64,000 bases of DNA, taken from NCBI RefSeq assembly GCF_044704955.1, contig NC_091983.1, forward strand, positions 192,634,001 to 192,698,000. The letters run 5' to 3'. A model generated the notes under the pieces. It saw only the letters and a program-made list of their open reading frames with translations, had not been told where the DNA came from and did not search any database. Position 1 is the stretch's first letter, and each line of letters opens with the position of its first letter. The translations under genes were made by a program, and so were the position numbers. Positions 46,665 through 59,819 of the stretch are shown here, one piece after another. Source of the DNA: Pristiophorus japonicus (taxonomy: Eukaryota).

Positions 46665-48281
46665 GGTGTCAGGCTTCAGTGGTAGCACTCTCTCTGAATT
46701 AAAAGATTGTGGATTCAAATCCCACTCCAGAGACTTGGGCATAAGATCTAGACTGATTTAGTGCAGTATTACATATATTACATAGTATTTTCAGCACCGG
46801 TCCATGCTGATGTTTATATCGCACACGAGCCTCCTATCCTTTTTCTAACCATATCAATATATCCTTCCATTCCTTTCTCCCTCCCCTTAAATTCCCTCGT
46901 GGTAGCGAGCTCCACATTCTAACCATTCTCTGGGTAAAGAAGTTTCTCCTGAACTCCCTATTGGATTTATTAGTGACTATCTATTCGTGACCCTAGTTCT
47001 GGTCTCTCCCGCAAGTGGAAACATCTTTCCACCTACCCCATCTAACCCTTATATAATCTTCAAGACCTCTATCGGGTCACCCCTCAGTCTTTTTTCTAGA
47101 GAAAAGAGCCCCAGCCTGTTCAATCTTTCTTGATAGGTATAACCTCTCAGTTCTTGTGTCATTCAAGTAAAACGTTTTTGCATCTTCTCCAGGGCCTCTA
47201 TGTCCCTTTTATAATATAGATTCAAGAACGGTTCACAGGACTCCAAGTGCACGGTCTAATCAAGGTTCTATATAAGTTTAATATAATTTCACCACATTTC
47301 AATTCTATCCCTCTGGAATTGAATCCCAGTGCTTTATTTGCTTGTTTAAATGTCCTTATTAACCATTTGTCACCACTTTTAATGATTTGTGCATCTGTAC
47401 CCCCAGATCCCTGGGCCCCAATTAGACACTTATTTTCCAAGGAGTATGTGGCCTAATTATTCTTCCTACCAAAATGTACCACCTCCCACTTGTCTATATT
47501 GAAGTTAATTTGCCAATTACATGCCTATTCTGAAAATTTATTAATGTCTTCCTGTATTTTATCACAGTCCTCCTCTTTACTAACTATACCCCCCAATTTG
47601 ATGTTGTCTGCAAATTTTGAAATTGTACTTCTGATTCCCTAGTCCAAATCGTTTATGCACATAGTGAACAGTGGTCCCAGCACTAATCCTTGTGGAACAT
47701 CACTCCCCAACTTTTGCCAGATTGAGTAACTACCTTTAACCGCTACTCTCTGTTTTGTAGCCAACTTGCTAACTATTTTGCTACTTGTCTCCCGACCCCA
47801 CATGTTCTGACCTTAGTCATGAGTCTACTGTGCGGTACCTTATGAAAGCCTTTTATCTAAGCACTGAGAGAGCACTGCTTTCATCATCATAGGCAGTCCC
47901 TCGAAATCGAGGAAGACTTGCTTCCACTCTAAAAGTGAGTTCTCAGGTGACTGTACAGTCCAATACGGGAATTATAGTCTCTATCACAGGTGGGACAGAC
48001 AGTATTTACAATGAGATGTTAAACGAGACAAATATCCCATGGCATTATTTCAAAGAAAAGCAGGGGAGTGCTCTCCCGTATCCTGTACCATATTTATCCC
48101 TCACCCATCATCGCTAAAAACAGGTTATCTGGTTATCGTTGCATTACTGTTTGTGGAATCTGGCTGTGCACAAATTGGCTGCCGTGTTTCCTACATTACA
48201 ACAGTGAAAACATTTCAAATGTACTTCATTGGCTGCAAAGTGCTTCCGAATGTCTTGAGGCGTGAAATGCGCTATGTAAAT
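46665..48281 (+). mobile_element. DeuSINE split by a CR1 fragment (about 46770-47857, minus) and an RTE tail (47881-48003, minus)
   Basis: tRNA-like head at 46665-46770 (ggattcaaatccc) and Deu core plus tail at 48004-48281. The RTE tail is catcatcataggcagtccctcgaaatcgaggaagacttgc. Confidence 0.75.
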
Positions 48282-48935
48282 CGCTTGTTTGACACTCACT
48301 GAAAACAAGAGGGTCTAGTTGTGACGAGGAATCAGATCATTAAGATACAATACAAACTCCTCTCGATCCAGTAAGATTGAAAACATCTTGAAGAGCGGAC
48401 GGGAGTTGAAAAGCTGACGCTTTTTTAGTCTTTAAGAACCTCCCTCAAACCGTCTCTTTTTCAGTGTGCCTTGGGCTAACACTCCCAAATCCGCTACCAC
48501 TCTTAGTCGGTGTCTTTTCTGTGTGAACTGCCTTAAGACGATTTATGATGTTAAAAGAAACCATACGAATGCAAATTGTTGTTAAACATCACGATAAGAA
48601 GGCCAGAACATGTTTTGAGTGATCTTTTATTTCTTTTGATCGATATTTAAATTGTAAAAGCAATTATACACTTCACTAATTACCCACATCGTCACCTTGA
48701 CATATTAAGATAGTTATTTCTATTAGAAACAGAGTCGTCTTTAAAACCAAGAGTTGACCCAATTACTATTTTGCTATCTTAAAGTGATTCGTCATCGCTT
48801 GTTGGACACTCACTGAAAACAAGATGGTCTAGTTGTGACGAGGAATCAGATCATTAAGATACAATACAAACTCCTCTCCATCCAATAAGATTGAAAACAT
48901 CTTGAAGAGCGGACGGGAGTTGAAAAGCTGACGCT
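48280..48935 (+). repeat. 142-bp direct duplication (48280-48421 and 48794-48935)
   Basis: Base-by-base comparison gives 4 mismatches and an offset of 514 bp. Confidence 0.93.
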
Positions 48936-49909
48936 GTCACCAAATGCACAATACACAGCAAAGAAAGGTTGGATTCAAGTGTTGTAATTACGTGGAATCC
49001 ATGTGACTATTGCATGCCATATTTGGAAAATCAGTAGGGCCCGCTATATTGCAAACATTGCACGTGATTAAATGTTTATGATAAATACACAAACTCGTCA
49101 AACATGTCTCTCAATTCGGACCATCAGAATCCATTATGTCTTGTAATAACGAGCTTAAAATATACAAAATATACCCAAATCTTTACTTTTTCCCGTACTC
49201 CAGAGGCACAAAAATAATTCTTAAAAAATACAATATAAATTATATATACAGCTAGCAGATAACTGTAACAGTCAGATAAGTCAGTCTCTCTCCTCCCCAG
49301 GTTCATTCCCATTTTAAGACGTTACCTGCACCGCTTCTTACTGTCTTAATATCATGAAACCCACTTCAAAGACATATAGAACAAGGTGAAGAAAAGTCAT
49401 CAACATGTTCAAACAAAGATTGAAACCAAATTCTGGATAATAAAATGAAAACCCGTTGTTTGAAAACATAATAATTATGCAGAATCCTCGATACTTTGTT
49501 CTTAACAACAATTAATTTGTTATTTCATCCACACAGCAATGTTGGGAAGTAACTTTCTCTATAAATGTTTCAGACAGATTCGTTACGGCCGATTTTTATA
49601 AAGTGTATAATCAGAGGCAGCTGTAAGATGAAGGCAAGTACTTCTCAACGCGAAAGGAAGAAGGTAGATGGGAGGATCATCCCACATCGCTCGAACTGTC
49701 TAGCACACCTATCAAATTACTCAAGAGCATATGTATCAGTAAAGTGTTTGTTCTTAACCAGCGGGAAGATTGGTGGAAGATGAAAAATGGATTAAATTAC
49801 TAATTAGTTAACATGTTTATGGTATCTGTCATTTTTTGATCGAATTAACCCCCAAATATAATTTGGAAATGACCTAGAGTTCCTGTCCCTTCAGAAAATC
49901 GCGCCTCTA

Positions 49910-50505
49910 GCATAGAATCATAGAATGGTTACAGCACAGAAAGAGGCCATTCGGCCATCGAGTCCGTGCTGGCTCTCTGCAAGAGCAGTTCAGCTAACCC
50001 CATATCCCCGCCCTTTTCCCGTGGCCCTGAATTTCCCCCCCCCCCCCCCCCGCAACAATTTGTGCATATAGCCCTAGGTCTCTCTCTGTTCATGCACCCA
50101 CTTTAGGATTGTACCCTTTAGTTTATATTGCCTCGTTCTTTTTACCAAAATGCATCACTTCTCACACTTTTCTGCATTGAATTTCATCTGCCACGTTTCT
50201 GCCCATTCCACCAGCATGTCTGTGTGCTCTTGAAGTCTATCCCTATCCTCCTCACTGTTCACTATACTTCTAAGTGTTGTGTCATCGGCAAACTTTGAAA
50301 TTGTGCCCTGTACACCCATATCTGAGTTTTTAATATATAAGAAAAGCAGTCATCCTCGTACCAACCCTGGGGAACACCACTGTATAACTTCCTCCAGTTC
50401 GAAAAGCAACTGTTCACCACTACTCTGTTTCCTGTCACTTAGTCAATTGCCACTGTCCCTTTTCTTCCATGGGCAACTTTGCTGGCAAGCCTATTATGTA
50501 GCATG
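49910..50505 (-). mobile_element. CR1 fragments around a poly-C run
   Basis: Has the catagaatcatagaatggttacagcacag tail. FADD and WQMKFNAEKC remnants lie on the minus strand. Confidence 0.75.
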
Positions 50506-51053
50506 AGGTGATGTCCAATGCCACCCATCCCCTATACTCTTCTCATCTTAGGTAGTCCCTTGGAGTCGAGGATGACTTGCTTCCACACTAAAATGAGTTC
50601 TCAGGTGACTGATGAGTCCAATGAGGGAGTTACAGACTCTGTCATAGGTGGGGCAGACAGTGGTTGAAGGCACAGGTGGGTAGTGTGCTTGGGTTGTCGT
50701 GCGCTCTCGGTGAAGAGACTCAAGGTGTTCAGTACCCTCTCAGATGCTTTTCATCCACTTCGAGTAGTCTTGGTCCAGGGTTTCCCAGGTGTCGGTGGGG
50801 ATGACGCACTTTTTCAAGGAGGCTTTGAGGATGTCCTTGAAGTGTTTCCTTTGCCTACCTGGGGCTCGCTTGCCATGTTGGATGTCCAAGTAGTGTGCTT
50901 GTTTTGGGAATCTCGTATCGGGCATGCGGATGACATGGCTCACCCAATGGAGCTGATGGAGCATGGTCAATGCTTCGATGCTGGGGATGTTGGCCTGAGT
51001 GGTGTATCTATCCTGCCAATGGATTTGCAGGATCTTGCAGAGGCAGCATTGGT

Positions 51054-54000
51054 GAACATAAGAACATAAGAACATAAGAACATAAGAATTAGGAACAGGA
51101 GTAGGCCATCTAGCCCCTCGAGCCTGCTCCGCCATTCAATAAGATCATGGCTGATCTGGTCGTGGACTCAGCTCCACTTACCCGCCCGCTCCCCGTAACC
51201 CTTAATTCCCTTATTGGTTAAAAATCTATCTATCTGTGACTTGAATACATTCAATGAGCTAGCCTCAACTGCTTCCTTGGGCAGAGAATTCCACAGATTC
51301 ACAACCCTCTGGGAGAAGAAATTCCTTCTCAACTCGGTTTTAAATTGGCTCCCCCATATTTTGAGGCTGTGCCCCCTAGTTCTAGTCTCCCCGACCAGTG
51401 GAAACAACCTCTCCGCTCTATCTTGTCTATCCCTTTCATTATTTTAAATGTTTCTATAAGATCACCCCTCATTCTTCTGAACTCCAACGAGTAAAGACCC
51501 AGTCTACTCAATCTGTCATCATAAGGTAACCCCCCCCCCCATCTCTGGAATCAGCCTAGTGAATCATCTCTGTACCCCCTCCAAAGCCAGTATATCCTTC
51601 CTTAAGTAAGGTGACCAAAACTGCATGCAGTACTCCAGGTGCGGCCTTACCAATACCCTATACAGTTGCAGCAGGACCTCCCTGCTTTTGTACTCCATCC
51701 CTCTCGCAATGAAGGCCAACATTCCATTTGCCTTCCTGATTACCTGCTGCACCTGCAAACTAACTTTTTGGGATTCATGCACAAGGACCCCCAGGTCCCT
51801 CTGCACCTCAGCATGTTGTAATTTCTCCCCATTCAAATAATATTCCCTTTTACTGTTTTTTTCCCAAGGTGGATGACCTCACACTTCTGACATTGTATTC
51901 CATCCGCCAAACCTTAGCCCATTCACTTAACCTATCTAAATCTCTTTGCAGCCTCTCTGTGTCCTCTACACAACCCGCTTTCCCACTAATCTTTGTGTCA
52001 TCTGCAAATTTTGTTACACTACACTCTGTCCCCTCTTCCAGGTCATCTATGTATATTATAAACAGTTGTGGTCCCAGCACCGATCCCTGTGGCACACCAC
52101 TAACCACCGATTTCCAACCCAAAAAGGACCCATTTATCCCGACTCTCTGCTTTCTGTTCGCCAGCCAATTCTCTATCCATGCTAATACATTTCCTCTGAC
52201 TCCACATACCTCTATCTTCTGCAGTAACCTTTTGTGTGGCAACTTATCGAATGCCTTTTGGAAATCTAAATACACCACATCCATCGGTACACATCTATCC
52301 ACCATGCTCGTTATATTCTCAAAGAATTCCAGTAAATTAGTTAAACATGATTTCCCCTTCATGAATCCATGCTGCGTCTGCTTGATTGCACTATTCCTAT
52401 CTAGATATCTCGCTATTTCTTCCTTAATGATAGTTTCAAGCATTTTCCCCACTACAGATGTTAAACTAACCAGCCTATAGTTACCTGCCTTTTGTCTGCC
52501 CCCTTTTTTAAACAGAGGCGTTACATTAGCTGCTTTCCAATCCGCTGGTACCTCCCCAGAGTCCAGAGAATTTTGGTAGATTATAACAAATGCATCTGCT
52601 ATAACTTCTGCCATCTCTTTTAATACCATGGGATGCATTTCATCAGGACCCGGGGACTTGTCTACCATTAGCCTGTCCAGCACTACCCCCCTAGTGATAG
52701 TGATTGTCTCAAGGTCCTCCATTCCCACATTCATGTGACCAGCAATTTTTGGCATGGTTTTTGTGACTTCCACTGTGAAGACCGAAGCAAAATAATTGTT
52801 TAAGGTCTCAGCCATTTCCACGTTTCCCATTATTAAATCCCCCTTCTCATTTTCTAAGGGACGAACATTTACTTTAGTCACTCTTTTCCGTTTTATATAT
52901 CTGTAAAAGCTTTTACTATCTGTTTTTATGTTTTGCGCAAGTTTACTTTCGTAATCTATCTTTCCTTTCTTTATTGCTTTATTAGTCATTCTTTGCTGTT
53001 GTTTAAAATTTTCCCAATCTTCTAGTTTCCCACTAACCTTGGCCACCTTATACGCATTGGTCTTTGATTTGATACTCTCCTTTATTTCTTTGGTTATCCA
53101 CGGCTGGTTATCCTTTCTCTTACCACCCTTCTTTTTCACTGGAATATATTTTTGTTGCACACTATAAAAGAGCTCCTTAAAAGTCCTCCACTGTTCCTCA
53201 ATTGTGCCACCATTTAGTCTGTGTTCCCAGTCTACTTTAGCCAACTCTGCCCTCATCCCACCGTAGTCCCCTTTGTTTAAGCATAGTACGCTCGTTTCTG
53301 ACACAACTTGCTCACCCTCAATCTGTATTACAAATTCAACCATACTGTGATCACTCATTCCGAGAGGATCTTTTACTAGAAGATCGTTTATTTTTCCTGT
53401 CTCATTACACAGGACCAGATCTAAGATAGCTTGCTCCCTTGTAGGTTCTGTAACATACTGTTCTAAGAAACAATCCCGTATGCATTCTATGAATTCCTCC
53501 TCAAGGCTACCCCATGCGATTTGAGTTGACCAATCAATATGTAGGTTAAAAGCCCCCATGACTACTGTCGTTCCTTTTTCACATGCCTCCATTATTCCCT
53601 TGATTATTGCCCGCCCCACCAGGAAGTTATTATTTGGGGGCCTATAAACTATGCCCACCAGTGACTTTTTCCCCTTACTCTCTCTAATTTCCACCCACAA
53701 TGATTCAACATTTTGTTCATTAGAGCCAATATCGTCTCTCACAACTGCCCTGATATCATCCTTTATTAACAGAGCTACCCCACCGCCTTTCCCTTCTTGT
53801 CTATCTTTCTGAATCGTCAGATACCCCTGTATGTTTAATTCCCAGTCTTGGCCACCCTGCAACTATGTTTCTGTAATGGTCACCAAATCATACCCATTTG
53901 TAATGATTTGTGCCGTCAACTCATTTACTTTATTTCGAATGCTGCGTGCGTTTAGGTAGAGTGTTTTAATCCTAGTTTTTATAACCATGATTTTTAGTTT

Positions 54001-55465
54001 TGCCCCCTCCTGCAGCCTCTTTATATTCTGCCTTGGGTTTCTCTGCCATCCACTTTTACTCATCTCCTTTCTGTCTTTTGCTTTTGTCTCCTTTTTGTTT
54101 CCCTCTGTCTCCCTGCATTGGTTCCCATCCCCCTGCCATATTAGTTTAACTCCTCCCCAACAGCACTAGCAAACACTCCCCCTAGGACATTGGTTCCGGT
54201 CCTGCCCAGGTGCAGACCATCTGATTTGTACTGGTCCCACCTCCCCCAGAACCTGTTCCAATGCCCCAGGAATTTGAATCCCTCCCTGCTGCACCACTGC
54301 TCAAGCCACGTATTCATCTGCACTATCCTGCGATTCCTACTCTGACTAGTACGTGGCACTGGTAGCAATCCCGAGATTACTACTTTTGAGGTCCTACTTT
54401 TTAATTTAGCTCCTAGCTCCTTAAATTCGTCTCGTAGGACCTCATCCCTTTTTTTACCTATGTCGTTGGTACCAATGTGCACCATGACAACTGGCTGTTC
54501 TCCCTCCCTTTTTAGAATATCCTGCACCCACTCCGAGACATCCTTGACCCTTGCACCAGGGAGGCAACATACCATCCTGGAGTTCGGTTGTGGCCGCAGA
54601 AACGCCTATCTATTCCCTTTACAATAGAATCCCCTATCACTATCGCTCTCCCACTATTTTTGCTGCCCTCCTATGCAGCAGAGCCAGCCACGGTGCCATG
54701 AACTTGACTGCTGCTGCCCTCCCCTGATGAGTCATCCTCCTCAACAGTACTCAAAGCAGTGTATCTGTTTTGCAGGGGGATGACCGCAGGGGACCCCTGC
54801 ACTACCTTCCTTGCACTGCTCTTCCTGCTGGTCTTCCATTCCCTAGCTGGGTGTGGACCCTTCACCTGTGGTAAGACCAGCTCGCTACACGTGCTACTCA
54901 CGTCATTATCAGCATCATGGATGCTCCAGAGTGAATCCACCCTCAGCTCCAATTCCGCAATGTGGACCGTCAGGAGCTGGAGGCGGACACACTTCCCACA
55001 CACGTAGTCATCAGGGACACCGGAAGTGTCCCTGAGTTCCCACATGCTACAGGAGGAGCATATCACGTGACCGAGCTCTCCTGCCATGACTTAACCCTTA
55101 GATACACTTAAATTGGCAACAACAATGTTAACAAGTTATAGAAGAGAAAAAAGAAAAACTACTCACCAATCCAGCCAATCACTTACCCCCTTGGCTGTGA
55201 CATCACCTTTCTGTTTCTTTCTAGTTCTTTTTTGCCTTCTCCCTGTAGCTGCACAAGCCACGCCTTTATAGGCCTCACCAATGGACCTCCTCGACGCTGC
55301 TCCCGACTGCCGCCGACGCTGGGCCCCGGACTCCCTGCTCCGCCTTTATAGGCCTCACCAATGGACCTCCTCGACGCTGCTCCCGACTGCCGCCGACGCT
55401 GGGCCCCGGACTCCCTGCTCCGCCTTTATAGGCCTCACCAACGGACCTCCTCGACGCTGCTCCCG
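51054..55465 (-). mobile_element. Full-length CR1 LINE: tandem-repeat 5' UTR, ORF1 (Cys finger, zipper, SGNH esterase), ORF2 (APE and RT), (TTCTTATGT)n tail; inactivated
   Basis: ORF1 55087-54141 has CSSC..CGKC, VIGDS, HIGTND and DGLHL, with one stop and one frameshift. ORF2 54063-51168 includes the 670-aa ORF with FADD. TSD ATTGGT at 51048-51053 and 55466-55471. Confidence 0.95.
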
Positions 55466-55466
55466 A
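55261..55466 (-). repeat. About 2.6 copies of an 80-bp GC-rich monomer at the CR1 5' end
   Basis: cgcctttataggcctcacca starts at 55261, 55341 and 55421. Copies 1 and 2 are identical. Confidence 0.95.
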
Positions 55467-58400
55467 TTGGTAGTACTTCTCCAGTGTTTTGAGGTGCTTC
55501 CTGTATGTAGTCCATGTCTCTGAGCCATATAGGAGAGCGGGTATCACTACTGCTCTGTAGACCATGAGCTTGGTGCTGAGTTTGAGGTCCTGGTCTTCAA
55601 ACACTCTCTTCCTCAGGCAACCGAAGGCTGCACTGGCACACTGAAGGTGGTGCTGGACTTCGTGATCGACATCTGCCCTTGTTGACAGTCGGCTCCCCCG
55701 ATGTATGGCAAATGGTTCACATTGTCCAAGGCCTCATCGTGGATTTTGATAATCGGGGAGCAGTGCCATGTGGCGGAGACAGGTTGGTAGAGGACCTTTG
55801 AATTACAGATGTTTAGTGTAAGGCCCAGTGACGGTGTTGATGATGGCTTGGAATTCGGCCTCTGGGCGTCTGTTTACCGTAATTCAATGTCAGAGGATGG
55901 GATGACCTTGGATCTGGACTGGAGGCGGCAGAGTTTAAACAGTTTCCCATTTGTTCTGTAGATGAGTTCCACTCCAGCGGGGAGCTTACTGAGGTTGAGA
56001 TGGAGCACTGCAGCAAGGAAGATTGAGAGGAGCGTTGGTGCAATGACACAGCCTTGCTTGACCCTGCTCCGAATGTGAATTGGGTCTGTGGTGGATCTGT
56101 AGGTTAGGATCATGGCTTGCATGTCATCGTGAAGCAGACGAAGGATGGTGACAAATTTTTGAGGGCAGCCGAATTTGAGTAGAACGCTCCATAATCCCTC
56201 ATGGTTGACAGTGTCGATGGCCTTTGTGAGATCAAAGAAGGCCATGTTCAGGGGCTGGTGCTGTTCCCTGCATTTCTCTTGGATTTGCCACGTGGTGAAG
56301 ATCCTGTCCATTGCGCCCCTTAGTGGGCGGAATTCGCATTGCGACTCTGGGAGGAGCTCTTCAGCCACAGGGAGAAGGCGATTGAGGAGGATTCTTGCAA
56401 TGAATTTCCCTATGGCAGACAGCAGGGAAACTCCTCTATAATTACCACAATCAGATTTGTCATCTTTCTTGAAAATGGTCATGATTATCGTGTATCTGAG
56501 ATTGCCTGGCATGCTCTCCTCCTTCCAAATGAGAGAAATTCGATCATGTTTTCGTGCCAACAGTGCTTCTCCGCCATGTTTTAGTGCTTCAGCGGGGATT
56601 CCATCTGCTCCTGAGGTCTTGTTGTTCTTCAGTTGTTGGATGGCCTTTTCTACCCCATGCCGGGCTGGGGTTGGGCTGAGATGGTGGTGGGTAGCATGCT
56701 GCGGGTTGGAGTCGAGGACACTCACGTCGAAGACAGAGTCTCGGTTAAGGAGATCTTTGAAGTGCTCCTTCCAGCAGGCACTGACTGCTTCTCTGTCCTT
56801 CATGAGTACCTCTCCATTCTTGGCCAGCAGTAGGGTAGGGCCTTGGGTGCTTAGGCCATAGGTGGTCTTGACTGCGCTGATGAATCCATGCACGTCGTGG
56901 TTGTTGGCTAGTTGCTGGATCTCCTGCGCTTTGTCTACATACCATCGGTTCTTTTAAATTGTTGGGTTTTTTGTTGGACCTTGGCCTTCAGACGTCTGTA
57001 GAGCTGCTTTCTTGCTCTCGAGTTGTGTTGCTGTTTCCAGTTCAAGAATGCCTTGCGCTTGCGGCTTATTAGCTCCTGGATCTCCTGGTCATTCTCATCA
57101 AATTGGTCTTGGTACTTCCTGGTCGAGTGACCAAGCGTCTCTTCACGGGTGCTAATTATTGAGGCCTTGAGGGCAGACTAGGCGCTGTGGACATTCTGCA
57201 TCTCTGGGTCACTGGGAGTCGTCAGGTTGGCAGTGAAGCACTGGCTGAATAGGGCTTTCTTAGCAGGGTCTTGGAGTGCTCCAGCGTTGATTTTCCTGCA
57301 GCATTGTTTCTATTGCTTTCACTGTTTTGAGGCTACGTTGAAGGTGATGACAGAGCAAATTGGTTGGTGTTGCATCCAGCAGTCGTTAGCTCCTGTCACG
57401 GTGCAGGTGTATGTCCTTGCAGTCCCTCACTCGGATGATGACGTAGTCTAACAGATGCAATGCTTGGAGCAAGGTTGCTGCCATGAACCCTTATACTTGT
57501 CTTTCTGACGGAACAGGGTGTTGGTTATGACAAGGCCATGTTCTAAGCATTTCGTCAGCAGGAGGGTACCGTTGGAGTTGGTTTTCCCTACCCCCTCTCT
57601 GCTGATCACACCTCCCCAAAGGTGTGTGTCCTTTCCAACTCTGGCATTGAATTCGCCCAGGAGAATCAGCTTGTCGCCCATTGGTACTTGGGACAGGGAT
57701 TGTTCGAGGCTGGAGTAGAATTCCTCTTTGGTCTTGTCTGTAGCTCCCAGTGTCGAAGTGTACGCACTGAAGAATGTAGTGCACTAATTCAGGGCTAGGG
57801 TGAGCCAAAGAGTCATGATGCATTCGTTTATCCCACAAGGGGAGTCTTTGAGATGGCCCACTAGTTCATTTTTTATGGCGAAGCCAACCTTATGGAGGCG
57901 GCAATCTGCTTCTGGTTTACCTTTCCAGAAGATGTAACCACCACCTTGTTTCTTGAATTGGCCTTCTGCTGCCTGCTGGGTCTCGCTTAGGGTGGCAATG
58001 TCAATGTTGAAACGTCTGAGCTCCCCGGCAACGATAGCAGTACAGCATTCCGGTCTGTTGCTGTTGGGGTTGTCCATGAGGGTCCTGACATTCCAGGACC
58101 CGAACTTCATTTTGAAGGGTGGAAGATGCCTGTGTGTGAATTCTTTTAATGTGGTGTGGCCGTTGCACACCACTTACCACACAGGCTTGGCAGAGTAAGG
58201 TCTTGGTCCAGTGGCAAAGGGGTCCATGAGGACTGGAGACCAGGCTCCGTGGCATGGGTCTAGTGCAGACACACACCTACTCCTACTATCCTCCTTTCTC
58301 CTTCCCGCAGGTCCTCTCTCCCTGGGTTTCATAGGCCTCATGACCTCGTTGTTGGCCTGTGCTGCTCCTTCCCTAGGCCACGACCCCTCTGCTGGTCCAT

Positions 58401-58926
58401 GCTGTGTTGCTACTGGGCCTCAACCTCCGTTCCTTGCTGCTTCCCACCTCCAGGCCTCACCGATCCCACCACCGCTCCTCACCGACCACCAGACCTCCCG
58501 CAGTTTGCTGACCCCCCGCTGCTCGCTGTCCTCTGGGGCTCCCGCTGATGGCTGATCTCCAGACCTCCCGCTGGTCACCATCCTCCGGGGCTCCCACTGC
58601 TCGCCGACATCTGGACCTCCCGTGGCTCGCCGACCTCCGAATATTGCCGCTGCTCGCCGACCTCTTCTGGGCCCAGACCCCGCTGCTAGGCTCGACCTCG
58701 CTCCAAGATATGTCAGCAATCAGCTACCTGGTTCCTGTGGTGTGAGTTTCGTCGCCCACTTTGATTTTGTTGCCCTCTCAGGACAGTTCACACTGCTCCT
58801 TGCAGTAGCTAGCTCCTCTTTATGTCCCCACTGATGGTGGTGTTGTTCCCTCACAGGTCAGCATGCTATACTGGCTGGGTAGAACTACGAGTGGAGTTCT
58901 GACTTTCTTTGGTGATTTCTGCAACG

Positions 58927-59819
58927 TAAGAACATAAGAAATAGGAACAGGAGTAGGCCATACGGCCCCTCGAGCCTGCTCCACCATTCAATAAGATCAT
59001 GGCTGATCAGTGACCTCAACTCCACTTTCCCGCCCAATCTCCACATCCCTTAATTACCCTAGAGTCTAAAAATCTATCTATCTCAGTCTTGAATATATTC
59101 AGAGACTCAGAATCCACAGCCCTCTGGGGCAGAGGAATCTAAAGATTCACAACCCTCTGAAAAAAATTCTTGGCGAGTAAAATTAAGGAAAACCCTAAGA
59201 TGTTCTATCAATACATTAAGAGTAAGAGGGTAACTAAAGAAAAGGTAGGGCTTATTAGAGACCATGAGGGTAATCTTTGTGTGGAGGCGGAAGATGTTGG
59301 GAAGGTTCTTAATGAATACTTTGCATCTGCTTTCACAAAGGAAAGGGGCAATGCAGATACTGCAATCGAGGAGGAGTGTGATATTCTGGATGAAATAACT
59401 AGAGTGAGAGAGGAAGAATTAAGGGGTTTAGCAGCTTTGAAAGTAGATAAGTCCCCAGGCACAGATGAAATGCATCCCAGACTGTTGAGCGAAGTAAAAG
59501 CAGAAATAGCAGAGGCCTTGACCATCATTTTCCAGTCCTCTTTGGATTTGGGCATGGTGCCAGAGGATTGGAGGACTGCTAATGTAGTACCTTTATTTAA
59601 GAAGGGAAAAAGGGATAGGCCGAGTAATTACAGGCCTGTCAGCCTAACCTCACTGATGGGAAAATTATTAGAAAAAATCCTGAAAGACAGGATAAATCTA
59701 CATTTGGAAAGGCAAGGATTAATTAGGGACAGTCAGCAGGGATTTGTTAAGGGAAGATTGTGTTTGACTAACCTGATTGAATTTTTTTAACCAAGAGGGT
59801 CGATGAGGGTAGTGCGTAC
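58927..59819. mobile_element. CR1 3' end (58927-59165, minus) abutting a CR1 ORF2 fragment of another subfamily (59166-59819, plus)
   Basis: aacataaga tail, then ORF 59170-59790 with KSPGTDEMHPR, VPEDWRTANVVPLFKKG and NYRPVSLTS. It is cut by the Gypsy LTR. Confidence 0.85.

Larger units (their letters stand above)
50543..58270 (-). mobile_element. Full-length-type RTE-clade LINE (APE and RT), disrupted and split by a CR1 at 51054-55465
   Basis: MKFGSWNVRTL (57784-58173), LLGEFNARVG, and RT ORF 55874-56893 (NYRGVSLL, FFDLTKAIDTV, VKQGCVIAP). The C-terminus is at 55466-55620 and 50740-51053, and the tail is near 50545. The 5' boundary is approximate. Confidence 0.9.

Noticed and set aside
55261-55466. 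CRISPR-like array
   Set aside because: The units are contiguous and identical with no unique spacers, the context is eukaryotic, and it is part of a LINE UTR.
58927-59819. Twin-priming 5' inversion of a single CR1
   Set aside because: The plus-strand ORF2 piece (ENPKMFYQYIKSKR) differs from the subfamily carrying the aacataaga tail (TDSKSFYRYIKRKR). Two separate insertions explain it better.
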